The notes beneath the pieces are model-generated. The model ran no database searches, was not told the origin of the DNA, and worked only from the letters and a program-made list of their open reading frames with translations. DNA of 64,000 nt from Shigella phage Sf24, in sequence record MF327008, one strand, 5' to 3'. Positions 9,770 through 18,990 of this stretch are shown here, piece after piece. Each line of letters starts with the position of its first letter. Positions within the stretch are counted from its first letter, which is position 1. Made by a program: the position numbers and the translations under genes.

Positions 9770-9806
9770 CTTATACTATAACATTTTTACTTTAACTTGT
9801 AAACAA
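9770..9806 (-). promoter_or_regulatory. T4-type early promoter upstream of srd
   Basis: GTTTAC and TATAGTATAA-like -10 on minus strand. Confidence 0.45.
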
Positions 9807-9861
9807 CTTTATGTAAAAATGCTTTAAAAATTTCATGGTATAATGAATCTAAGTCCTTCCG

Positions 9862-10464
9862 TTATAGATTAAATCCTTCAAAATCAAGAGTATAGATAGT
9901 GTATGTTGAATACTTTTTGTACTCATATCTATCTGCAATTCTAAATACACTTCCAGCCGGTATCATTACTTCTTGTTCATCTGAAACTAATTCCATATTA
10001 CGATAACGATGGCTATCCGGAAACTTAAAGTTTGGATTGTATTCTTTACAGCGTAGAGCTTTTATAGCATACTCCTGGAAATTGAATACCATAGGAGCTT
10101 TGAATTCAAAAATAACCTGTGTGTTATACTCTAAACCGGAAGCAAAATGTAGAGCTATATTTTTATCATATGAAGCTGATACGACTTTATCAAATGTAAT
10201 AATATCAATTCCTTGATTTAATACTTGCTTAGTCTCAGCTGGAACACCTCTCCAAAGAGGTTTATCGTTTGGAACCAAACGAGATTTGATTATTTCATTT
10301 AACCAAGTATGGTCATCTGGCTTATTAGTAATACAATGAATTAAAAGTTCAATTTCAGATAAATTAAACCCTTCAGAAAGCAATTCTTCACGAATAGAAG
10401 CACGCACCGATGCATCCATTGATTTTATTTTAAAATCTTTTAGTTGCATTACTGAGTATTTCAT
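9862..10464 (-). CDS. modA: ADP-ribosyltransferase ModA
   Basis: 200 aa, adjacent to the 207-aa ModB paralog, T4 order. Confidence 0.8.
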   Translation of the reverse strand: MKYSVMQLKDFKIKSMDASVRASIREELLSEGFNLSEIELLIHCITNKPDDHTWLNEIIKSRLVPNDKPLWRGVPAETKQVLNQGIDIITFDKVVSASYDKNIALHFASGLEYNTQVIFEFKAPMVFNFQEYAIKALRCKEYNPNFKFPDSHRYRNMELVSDEQEVMIPAGSVFRIADRYEYKKYSTYTIYTLDFEGFNL

Positions 10465-11084
10465 TCAACTACCTCAATATCATAAACTTTAAATGTTCCA
10501 AATGAATCGTGTAATTTTTCTTTTGAAATAGAAGTTATTTTATACTTTCCAATTGGAATCATCCATTCTTGTTCATGCACAATCATCATTAAGTTATCAG
10601 TACGCTCTGAATCTAATCCATCAGTATCTTCATATGTATACTTAAACTCAGTATTAGGAGAAGAAAGTATAATATCGCTGATATGGTCAGAATAATTAAA
10701 AGCTTTATCAGTTTTTAAACGAAGTATTGTTTCAGTGAAATATTCAGCATAAGAAAAAGAACACGCTGTATGCAAACTAGTAGTAAATGAATCTACTCTG
10801 TTCGTTGAAAACACTTCTCCAACTTGTAAATCTTTAATAAGTTCTTTTGTCGATTTTGATATACCACGATATAATTGATAAGGCGATTTAGTTAAATGCT
10901 TTTTAATGATTTTATTCAACTGTCTGTGAAGAGCTTCATTCTTTTTGGCTTCCATACATTGCCAAAGAACAGACTGCTCAAAGTCAGTAAATTTTTCACA
11001 GACTTTTTTATACATATCATATTGAAAATCAACGCTTTCAGCTTTTATAGATAACTGTTCAACATCTGCAGGATTAATAATCAT
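10461..11084 (-). CDS. modB: ADP-ribosyltransferase ModB
   Basis: 207 aa, paralog of ModA. Confidence 0.8.
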   Translation of the reverse strand: MIINPADVEQLSIKAESVDFQYDMYKKVCEKFTDFEQSVLWQCMEAKKNEALHRQLNKIIKKHLTKSPYQLYRGISKSTKELIKDLQVGEVFSTNRVDSFTTSLHTACSFSYAEYFTETILRLKTDKAFNYSDHISDIILSSPNTEFKYTYEDTDGLDSERTDNLMMIVHEQEWMIPIGKYKITSISKEKLHDSFGTFKVYDIEVVE

Positions 11085-11104
11085 GATAGCCTCCGTATAC
11101 TTCA

Positions 11105-11141
11105 GAAGCTATCATATCATCGTTAGAAAGGAAAGTAAACA
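11105..11141 (-). promoter_or_regulatory. T4-type early promoter upstream of modB
   Basis: GTTTAC ... TGATATGAT on minus strand. Confidence 0.5.
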
Positions 11142-11151
11142 ACTTTTTGAA

Positions 11152-11334
11152 TTATTTTGCCCAGGGAGCCCAAGGCGGAGGGTCAAGATGGTATGAAGCT
11201 AGTTCTTCTAGAAGAGCATCTGGGGCTTCAATTCCATAATTCTGTAATACTATACGGTACTCTTTCTTATAATCACTAGAATCATTCTGGTTATTCGTAG
11301 AATGATTATCTTCTAACATCTCAAATAAATCCAT
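11152..11334 (-). CDS. hypothetical small protein
   Basis: 60-aa ORF in intergenic space. Confidence 0.45.
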   Translation of the reverse strand: MDLFEMLEDNHSTNNQNDSSDYKKEYRIVLQNYGIEAPDALLEELASYHLDPPPWAPWAK

Positions 11335-11342
11335 ATTAATTC

Positions 11343-11813
11343 CTAGCGATAAAAACCAAAGTGACGATTAGCTTCAACAATCTTTCTTTCTTCTTCGGAC
11401 ATTCTCCAGCGTAGTCCAACATCAAAATGAGCCCAGACCATCTTAACAAATGCGTTTATATCTTTAATATCTTCAATAATGAATGTTTTACTTTTAGAAG
11501 GTTGACTCGCTAATTTAACTTTATCGTCTTCAAACATGTCAAAAAGACCATATTCATGAGCTCTTTTATAGCCTTTAATAGTTAAAGCTTCAGAAGAAGA
11601 AAATGGTGAATCTGTATTCTGCAAAATATCTTCAGTATGCTTTATAATTAGAATAACATTTTCTGGATATTTTCTTTCTTTTATATCTTTAATTAAAATA
11701 TCCGGATTTTCTGCTAAAGGAATAATTAACGAGCATTTTTTATCAAGTGTATTTACTGATTTACCTTCTTTAGACATAAATTCTATTGAATATAATTTTG
11801 CTACTTCAATCAT
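11343..11813 (-). CDS. hypothetical protein
   Basis: 156-aa ORF. Confidence 0.55.
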   Translation of the reverse strand: MIEVAKLYSIEFMSKEGKSVNTLDKKCSLIIPLAENPDILIKDIKERKYPENVILIIKHTEDILQNTDSPFSSSEALTIKGYKRAHEYGLFDMFEDDKVKLASQPSKSKTFIIEDIKDINAFVKMVWAHFDVGLRWRMSEEERKIVEANRHFGFYR

Positions 11814-11970
11814 GTGATTTCCTTTTGCCTACTAATGGACCGTCAGGAATTTTGTTTTCCTGAATGTATTTCTCATTTTCTTCCATCATTTTACTACCGA
11901 TTTTAAGAAGCAAATCTAAGGCTTCATTTGCTTTAGCTTTAGCCTCTTCTAACGTCATGTTCTTGTTCAT
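11806..11970 (-). CDS. hypothetical small protein (~54 aa), translationally coupled
   Basis: ATG overlaps upstream stop and its stop overlaps downstream start; below track cutoff; coordinates approximate. Confidence 0.4.
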   Translation of the reverse strand: MNKNMTLEEAKAKANEALDLLLKIGSKMMEENEKYIQENKIPDGPLVGKRKSHD

Positions 11971-12170
11971 GATTTATCCCCATAGATATCTCTCATCAAT
12001 TTAAGTGCTGAGCGTTCTAATTTCTTTTCTTTCTCAGCACTAATCATTGATTTCATCCATTCTTCCGATTCGTTCTGCATTTCTTTATTTGCCTGTTCAA
12101 CCCAACCATCGTCAATATACATTGAGTTTGGTCTATTGAACCATTCAAACATTTTCTTCAGAACTTTCAT
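11967..12170 (-). CDS. hypothetical small protein
   Basis: 67-aa ORF. Confidence 0.5.
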   Translation of the reverse strand: MKVLKKMFEWFNRPNSMYIDDGWVEQANKEMQNESEEWMKSMISAEKEKKLERSALKLMRDIYGDKS

Positions 12171-12630
12171 TTATTTTACCTAAAACAACAGTAGGAGCAT
12201 CATCAAATTCATGAATTTTTAGCAAATTTGGATGTAAACTATTCCATACAGAAGAAATAAAGTATGATAAAGCATCTTCACTCACAATTATAAATTTATT
12301 TCCTTTATCTATTTTCCAGCTATATACTGAATCATACGAATAGAAAGATAGAGGATTATCATTATATTGTTCTGCGCTAACATTAATGTATTCGGATTTA
12401 GTAAATGCTTCAATTGCTCTAAATGGAATATTTGGTACAGTTTCAATAATTCCGATCTTTTTAAGTTTTATTTCAGCATCTTCTGGAACTGGCATTGAAA
12501 CAAAATTTTCTACGAGATACATTGGGTCACAATAACCCTTATCAATCATTACTGCTACGGTAATTGGAACGTCTTTAGCAAACGACATACTATTACTGCT
12601 AATATACATTTCAAACAAAATCGCTTCCAT
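12145..12630 (-). CDS. hypothetical protein
   Basis: likely start at internal Met MEAILFEMY. Confidence 0.5.
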   Translation of the reverse strand: MEAILFEMYISSNSMSFAKDVPITVAVMIDKGYCDPMYLVENFVSMPVPEDAEIKLKKIGIIETVPNIPFRAIEAFTKSEYINVSAEQYNDNPLSFYSYDSVYSWKIDKGNKFIIVSEDALSYFISSVWNSLHPNLLKIHEFDDAPTVVLGKINESSEENV

Positions 12631-12638
12631 AATTTTCC

Positions 12639-13133
12639 TCAATCGCAAGATGTAGATGAACAACCAGAATCACAAGAACTTCCACATGAATCACCAGTCC
12701 AAGAACTAACAGCCGTGACTGTTATAATAGGAGCGGTATCGATATAGCTTTCTGAACGTCTTGAATCTAAATGTTCTTTTAACTTTTTAGAATTCAATGG
12801 AAGCGCACCTGCACCAACATTACCAGCTTTTTCTGGTTGACGAATAATTTCTTCCATCGTATCGTCGCTCGCATAAACATTAGTATCATATGAATCAGAA
12901 CTAGACTGTGTATTAGATGATGTAGTAGGTGTTGACCAGCGCCAAGGATTTTTATAATATTCTTGGGCTTCTTCATAAGTCATAGTAACTGCTTCTACTG
13001 TTCCATCTCCCATATAAACATACTCAACTACAGTTAAAGGAAGGTAGTCATTTGAAATAGGAACTACACCTTCCCCAGGAGTCGTAGAGAAAAAATCTGT
13101 AAAGAAACTTTTAAACCAATTAAAGATAAACAT
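12639..13133 (-). CDS. hypothetical protein with Ser/Cys-rich C-terminal tail
   Basis: C-terminus [15 protein letters not shown]. Confidence 0.55.
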   Translation of the reverse strand: MFIFNWFKSFFTDFFSTTPGEGVVPISNDYLPLTVVEYVYMGDGTVEAVTMTYEEAQEYYKNPWRWSTPTTSSNTQSSSDSYDTNVYASDDTMEEIIRQPEKAGNVGAGALPLNSKKLKEHLDSRRSESYIDTAPIITVTAVSSWTGDSCGSSCDSGCSSTSCD

Positions 13134-13339
13134 TACAAAAAGCCTCTCTTAAATTCGACTTGCTTCTCGCCATAATCATATCGAATCTCTGCATTAAATT
13201 CGACAGAACCATCTGCGTACATCATAAATGAATGCACAACAACTTCTGTAGACCATGGCTGTAGTTCATATTTCTTCATTACATGCCGTGAAATGATAAT
13301 ATCTAAATCTTCATTTGGTTTAATCCAGCGATTTAACAT
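13133..13339 (-). CDS. hypothetical small protein
   Basis: 68-aa ORF downstream of an early promoter. Confidence 0.5.
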   Translation of the reverse strand: MLNRWIKPNEDLDIIISRHVMKKYELQPWSTEVVVHSFMMYADGSVEFNAEIRYDYGEKQVEFKRGFL

Positions 13340-13363
13340 AGTGCTCTCCTCTATAAGATAATT

Positions 13364-13395
13364 CTATTATACCATACTCATTTTGGAAAGTAAAC
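13364..13395 (-). promoter_or_regulatory. T4-type early promoter
   Basis: GTTTAC ... TGGTATAATA on minus strand. Confidence 0.6.
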
Positions 13396-13410
13396 CATTT
13401 AAATGAAAAA

Positions 13411-13430
13411 AGGACTCCCGAAGGAGTCCT
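13411..13430 (-). terminator. intrinsic terminator after soc
   Basis: AGGACTCC-CGAA-GGAGTCCT hairpin followed by U-run on minus strand. Confidence 0.65.
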
Positions 13431-13435
13431 TGAAT

Positions 13436-13681
13436 TTATTCACCAGTTACTTTCCACAAATCTTCATTTGCAGCAATCCATTCAGTACGTTGATTTTCTT
13501 CATATACTGTAGAATATGCTGCTTTTTCTGAAGGGAATGTCTGATAATGAGCACCAGAAATTTTGTGAACGTCAGAATAAAGAGGGAAAGCTACAGAAAT
13601 TTCCTTTCCTTCAATTTTCTTATTTCCATCTAATTTCTGCTCAAATGTTTTGATATTAACATAACCGCGAGTACTAGCCAT
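13436..13681 (-). CDS. soc: small outer capsid protein Soc
   Basis: MASTRGYVNIKTFEQKLDGNKKIEGK... near-identical to T4 Soc as recalled. Confidence 0.93.
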   Translation of the reverse strand: MASTRGYVNIKTFEQKLDGNKKIEGKEISVAFPLYSDVHKISGAHYQTFPSEKAAYSTVYEENQRTEWIAANEDLWKVTGE

Positions 13682-13697
13682 GTAATTCTCCTTTTAT

Positions 13698-13907
13698 TTA
13701 AATTACATGATTATTTATAATAAATTCTCGCGGAACGTTAAAATACCCAATTTTAGTTAATATAACAATATCGCCGTTAATAATTACCGGAGAATAATCT
13801 TCTGGAGCATTAAATTTCCAATGGGCTCTAATATTATATCCATCAGAACCAAATGCTCGAGTAGCCGGTCTCCCGGCTTTTTGCCACGCGTAGAAATCAA
13901 ATTTCAT
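13698..13907 (-). CDS. hypothetical small protein (soc.1-position)
   Basis: 69-aa ORF. Confidence 0.5.
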   Translation of the reverse strand: MKFDFYAWQKAGRPATRAFGSDGYNIRAHWKFNAPEDYSPVIINGDIVILTKIGYFNVPREFIINNHVI

Positions 13908-14104
13908 TTTGAATGCTCTATAATTAATTTTAAGGCTTCTTCGCTGACAAAAATTTCATCAAGACCTTCTTCTATAACCCAATCAACCATACGAAGTTGA
14001 TTAGTTAAGAGCTCACATACGAGCTCCTTGTTATAATCTTTAAATAGCTGGTCAATACGTTTCTTATGGGCTTTCTTAAGCTGACGCTTATTTAAACGAG
14101 CCAT
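13904..14104 (-). CDS. hypothetical small protein (soc.2-position)
   Basis: 66-aa ORF; no segF-like homing endonuclease here. Confidence 0.5.
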   Translation of the reverse strand: MARLNKRQLKKAHKKRIDQLFKDYNKELVCELLTNQLRMVDWVIEEGLDEIFVSEEALKLIIEHSK

Positions 14105-14622
14105 TAATAACCTCGGTCTTGACGAGCGAAGTTTTCAGCATTTTTCAGGTAATAAAGTTTAAAGATTTCTTCAGCTGACATTCCAAGAGCAATAAATTTA
14201 TTCATGAAAAAGTGAAATTGGTCAATCAGTTCAAATTTAATTTCAAGCTGATCTTCGGGAGATAAATCTTGAATTTTCTTGGATTGCATTTCAGAATAAC
14301 GTTTCTTCCAAGGTTTCCATACAGCAGAAGCTTCTTTTTCACCATTACTCATACCACCAAGAGAAGTATATAGTTCGCGAGTTTCATCTGCGATATAATC
14401 GTCTTGGTTTCGCAACCAAGCAAGAACTTCTCCTGCGGTTTCAAGTGAATCAGGATGACGATTTGTTTCTGGTTTATCATTAGCCAAACGAATCTGTAAA
14501 TGCCGCTGCATGTCAAGCATAACCTGCAATGGGTCAATACTGTGCATAATATACTCAGCATATGCACGATTTGCTTTATCAACACCTTCGATCAAATGAG
14601 CACATTCATTAAAGTGAGCCAT
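14104..14622 (-). CDS. 56: dCTPase/dUTPase gp56
   Basis: MAHFNECAHLIEG N-terminus as T4 gp56; AGGA RBS. Confidence 0.88.
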   Translation of the reverse strand: MAHFNECAHLIEGVDKANRAYAEYIMHSIDPLQVMLDMQRHLQIRLANDKPETNRHPDSLETAGEVLAWLRNQDDYIADETRELYTSLGGMSNGEKEASAVWKPWKKRYSEMQSKKIQDLSPEDQLEIKFELIDQFHFFMNKFIALGMSAEEIFKLYYLKNAENFARQDRGY

Positions 14623-14682
14623 TATTTTTCCTTTCAATTCATTAATAAGTTAAATAATTATATCATTTGAGTATGTAAGCAA

Positions 14683-16022
<1,340 letters not shown>

Positions 16023-16045
16023 TATATCATCCTCAGCAATTTGTT

Positions 16046-16079
16046 TTATAATACCATAACAAGCTGAGAAAGTAAACAA
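16046..16079 (-). promoter_or_regulatory. T4-type early promoter driving nuclease-like ORF, dam and 56
   Basis: GTTTAC ... TGGTATTATAA on minus strand. Confidence 0.55.
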
Positions 16080-16115
16080 ATTTATGATAAATATTAATTT
16101 AAAGGAGGACGACGC

Positions 16116-16316
16116 ATGGTACAAAAATTAATGGCAATTGTTAATGCCATCAAAGGTAATAAAAAACGTATAGCTTTTACTATTTCTGCTATGGTAGGAA
16201 TTTTACTCTGGAACTTTATTTTATCACCTGTTGCAATTGCACATGGTATTAATATTCCAGTAGTTACTCTTGATACATTCGTAGATTTAGCATTTGCTTT
16301 AGTTGGGTTAATTTAA
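16116..16316 (+). CDS. small hydrophobic membrane protein, plus-strand gene
   Basis: AAGGAGG 7 nt before ATG; occupies the only non-coding gap between gene 61 and the nuclease-like ORF; ATAAATA late-promoter-like box ~25 nt upstream. Confidence 0.55.
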   Translation: MVQKLMAIVNAIKGNKKRIAFTISAMVGILLWNFILSPVAIAHGINIPVVTLDTFVDLAFALVGLI

Positions 16317-17341
16317 ATCTTAGCATATTTAGATAACCTCATTTTAGCCATCAACCCCTGGGCAATATTATTTTTCATATATTCCATAATTTGTTCAGGG
16401 GTTGCACCTTCCTTTCTAATCATATCATTAACATCTTTTGATTTCCAGGGAGATTTATCCCAAAACATAACTCTTTCTCCTGCATCAACTAATTTAGTCA
16501 TTCGTTTGATAGTGTCAGGGTGACGAGGTTCATTATCTAAAACCCACACTCGTCTATCTTTAAATGGAACAACTTCTAGGTCTAATTGACCACCCGTAAT
16601 AGCTATACCATTTTCAATAAAAAGTGAATCTATAGGTCCTTCTAGAACATATACATCACCATCTTTAACTCGTTCAACACCGTAAATTTTTGTTGCCTCA
16701 GGATAAGCTTTGATGGTGATATACTTTTGTGGAGCATCTTTCTTTAATGCACGTCCTTGAAAAGACTCAGCTTTTCCGTTAGCATTATAAATTGGAATAA
16801 CAAGACGAGGCTCAGAAATTTCCTTTTTGTATGTTCCCGGTGCTATGCTATTAACTAATTTAGGCCATTCGGTTGTAAACCAAAGATATTTCCATTTATC
16901 CTTTGGAATACAACGAGCTTTTACATATTTTATAATTGGATGGTCTTCCGCCAGTTTATCTAATCTAACGCATGACGGAAGAGATTTAATTATTTTCTTC
17001 TCAGGCTGTTTAGGAAGTTCTTTAGGTTTTTCTACTGGACGACTTTTACCTTTTTCTTTTCTTATTTCAAAGATATACTCACGATATAAATCAGGTTCAA
17101 ACTCCTTTAAATATATTCCGATTGGTGCATGATAGTTACAGTTATAACAATGAATATTTCCTTCATTATTATCACCATAATACCATCCACGGGCTTTATT
17201 TTGGTCGGTTTTTGAATCTCCACAAACAGGGCATCTAAACCGCAACTTAAAGGTTGAACTATTATTTACTTGTGTAAATTTAGGTAAATGAGCTAATGCA
17301 CGGTATGCAAACTCATTATCAATCCAAGGTATTGATGACAT
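16313..17341 (-). CDS. 61: DNA primase gp61
   Basis: 342 aa; zinc-binding CPVCGDSK; T4 gp61-like. Confidence 0.9.
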   Translation of the reverse strand: MSSIPWIDNEFAYRALAHLPKFTQVNNSSTFKLRFRCPVCGDSKTDQNKARGWYYGDNNEGNIHCYNCNYHAPIGIYLKEFEPDLYREYIFEIRKEKGKSRPVEKPKELPKQPEKKIIKSLPSCVRLDKLAEDHPIIKYVKARCIPKDKWKYLWFTTEWPKLVNSIAPGTYKKEISEPRLVIPIYNANGKAESFQGRALKKDAPQKYITIKAYPEATKIYGVERVKDGDVYVLEGPIDSLFIENGIAITGGQLDLEVVPFKDRRVWVLDNEPRHPDTIKRMTKLVDAGERVMFWDKSPWKSKDVNDMIRKEGATPEQIMEYMKNNIAQGLMAKMRLSKYAKI

Positions 17342-17343
17342 TT

Positions 17344-17508
17344 TTACTCTTCTTTTTCTTTAGATTCCTCTTTCTTCTTTTTAGGAATCTGTTCAGGACC
17401 TTTATTTACTACAGCACCTGACGTTGTTCCAGTAGAGATATTTTCAGGATTACCACCTGAATCTCCAGCGACCATATCTTCTTTAATAAATTCTTTATAT
17501 GTTTTCAT
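17344..17508 (-). CDS. mini-ORF with capsid-targeting-sequence-like N-terminus MKTYKEFIKE (61.1-position)
   Basis: AGAGG RBS; N-terminus resembles the internal-protein CTS; length 38-54 aa depending on an A-run I could not read unambiguously. Confidence 0.35.
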   Translation of the reverse strand: MKTYKEFIKEDMVAGDSGGNPENISTGTTSGAVVNKGPEQIPKKKKEESKEKEE

Positions 17509-17509
17509 A

Positions 17510-18136
17510 TTAACCTCTATTCATAAAAGCATTAAAAATTTGGTCATCAATAGAAACATTTACTTTAGACTGTTTTTCTGATGGTAATTCATATCCACAT
17601 ATCACAATTTTATGATCAATATCAAAATACACAGAAGCAATATGATTAATGATATTTTCAGTGAAGTCTAAATCGACATCAATATCTTTTTGACCAAAGC
17701 CCAAAGGATAAATAATGCGAGTAATTCGATTATCTTTAACAAAGATTCCACCGACATACTCTGTACTGCGTTTAAAGTCTACACGCCGACGAAATGAAAA
17801 ATATTCAGGCTCTTTATGAGCTCGGCTCATAGGACACAACGAATAACTAGAATAAGAGATGTCAAATCCTACGCCTTCAATATGAGCCAAAGTGTCATGA
17901 TTAAACCAATTATAATCGTACGCCAAATCCATTAGATTATAATATGTAAAAGGCACCGGATTAACATCATTAGTCACAAGCATGTAATTAGCAACTGCTA
18001 TAATTTCATTGTTTTTAACGAATACAAACCGTGATTGATGCGAATGACCTGGACCCGCGTTTTCACGATTAATGATATAACACTGGGCACCTTTATATTT
18101 GTATGTATCTTTGCACTTGTGCATTTGATAGAGCAT
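17510..18136 (-). CDS. hypothetical protein at the 61.2 position (possible AdfA-like anti-DarT factor)
   Basis: 208-aa ORF between 61 and sp; assignment by synteny only. Confidence 0.5.
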   Translation of the reverse strand: MLYQMHKCKDTYKYKGAQCYIINRENAGPGHSHQSRFVFVKNNEIIAVANYMLVTNDVNPVPFTYYNLMDLAYDYNWFNHDTLAHIEGVGFDISYSSYSLCPMSRAHKEPEYFSFRRRVDFKRSTEYVGGIFVKDNRITRIIYPLGFGQKDIDVDLDFTENIINHIASVYFDIDHKIVICGYELPSEKQSKVNVSIDDQIFNAFMNRG

Positions 18137-18429
18137 TATTCACCTACCACTTCAGCGATGATATTTTTGTTATTAAAGTTTTTATCGCAATACAGAACAT
18201 AATTATACTGCATTACACCACCAGACTTAAGCTGTTTTTGCACTTCAGCTTTCATTTCAGGACGATCGCGCTCAACAATATTCATAATATCCGCTTCAAT
18301 TTGAGTTTCAACCTCAGTCTGATCAGCAGTCATAGACCATTCGCACAAATCTTTATCATAACCTGCCATAGCAGGCTGAGCAGCACAAGAAGCTAAAGCA
18401 AAAATTGTAGCAAAGATAAATTTTTTCAT
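18136..18429 (-). CDS. sp: Spackle periplasmic protein
   Basis: 97 aa with signal peptide MKKFIFATIFALASCAAQPAMA; T4 sp-like. Confidence 0.85.
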   Translation of the reverse strand: MKKFIFATIFALASCAAQPAMAGYDKDLCEWSMTADQTEVETQIEADIMNIVERDRPEMKAEVQKQLKSGGVMQYNYVLYCDKNFNNKNIIAEVVGE

Positions 18430-18452
18430 GATAATCTCCTCAGTAGTTTATG

Positions 18453-18488
18453 TTTATATAGTATCTCAATTTCCAACAAAAGTAAACA
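18453..18488 (-). promoter_or_regulatory. T4-type early promoter upstream of sp
   Basis: GTTTAC and TACTATA -10 on minus strand. Confidence 0.45.
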
Positions 18489-18489
18489 G

Positions 18490-18747
18490 TTATTTTAAAA
18501 CTTCTGTGTAATCACATGTTACAAACTGTTTCTCTAGCTTGACGATTTTACGAAAGTATCTTTTACATTGACGAATCTGTCGCTTAGTAGGGCGCACAGC
18601 AAACTTAATAAATTCCACTCGACCAAATGGAGGGCTTTCTTCTGATGGAATATCTAACACCAATTCCCACGTATCTGCAATAAGTGCTTTGAATTGAGTA
18701 TTTTTCCTAACGTTATACGGAGTAGGTTTAAATAAAACAATATGCAT
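18490..18747 (-). CDS. 61.4-position protein (possible TifA-like)
   Basis: start at internal Met MHIVLF with GAGGA RBS, just after dmd stop. Confidence 0.5.
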   Translation of the reverse strand: MHIVLFKPTPYNVRKNTQFKALIADTWELVLDIPSEESPPFGRVEFIKFAVRPTKRQIRQCKRYFRKIVKLEKQFVTCDYTEVLK

Positions 18748-18748
18748 A

Positions 18749-18931
18749 TTATCCTCGGCAATCCACTTCACATACTTTCTTGTCATCAATGAAAGCTTTA
18801 ACTAATGCTTTATTAACTTCAGCATACTGAGTAGTAGCCCATTGAACGTCATCTTTCATCATTGTGGTTTCTTTAGTAAACATGCTTTCATTCTTAAACC
18901 ACCCCATAAAAACTACCTTTACCAATTCCAT
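18749..18931 (-). CDS. dmd: Dmd antitoxin (discriminator of mRNA degradation)
   Basis: 60 aa MELVKVVFMGWFKNESMFTKE... near-identical to T4 Dmd as recalled. Confidence 0.9.
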   Translation of the reverse strand: MELVKVVFMGWFKNESMFTKETTMMKDDVQWATTQYAEVNKALVKAFIDDKKVCEVDCRG

Positions 18932-18957
18932 AACAATCTCCTCATTTAACCAACAAG

Positions 18958-18990
18958 ATTACTATACCATAGTCTTGTCAGCTTGTAAAC
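18958..18990 (-). promoter_or_regulatory. T4-type early promoter upstream of dmd
   Basis: GTTTAC ... TGGTATAGT on minus strand, overlapping end of gene 41. Confidence 0.5.
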
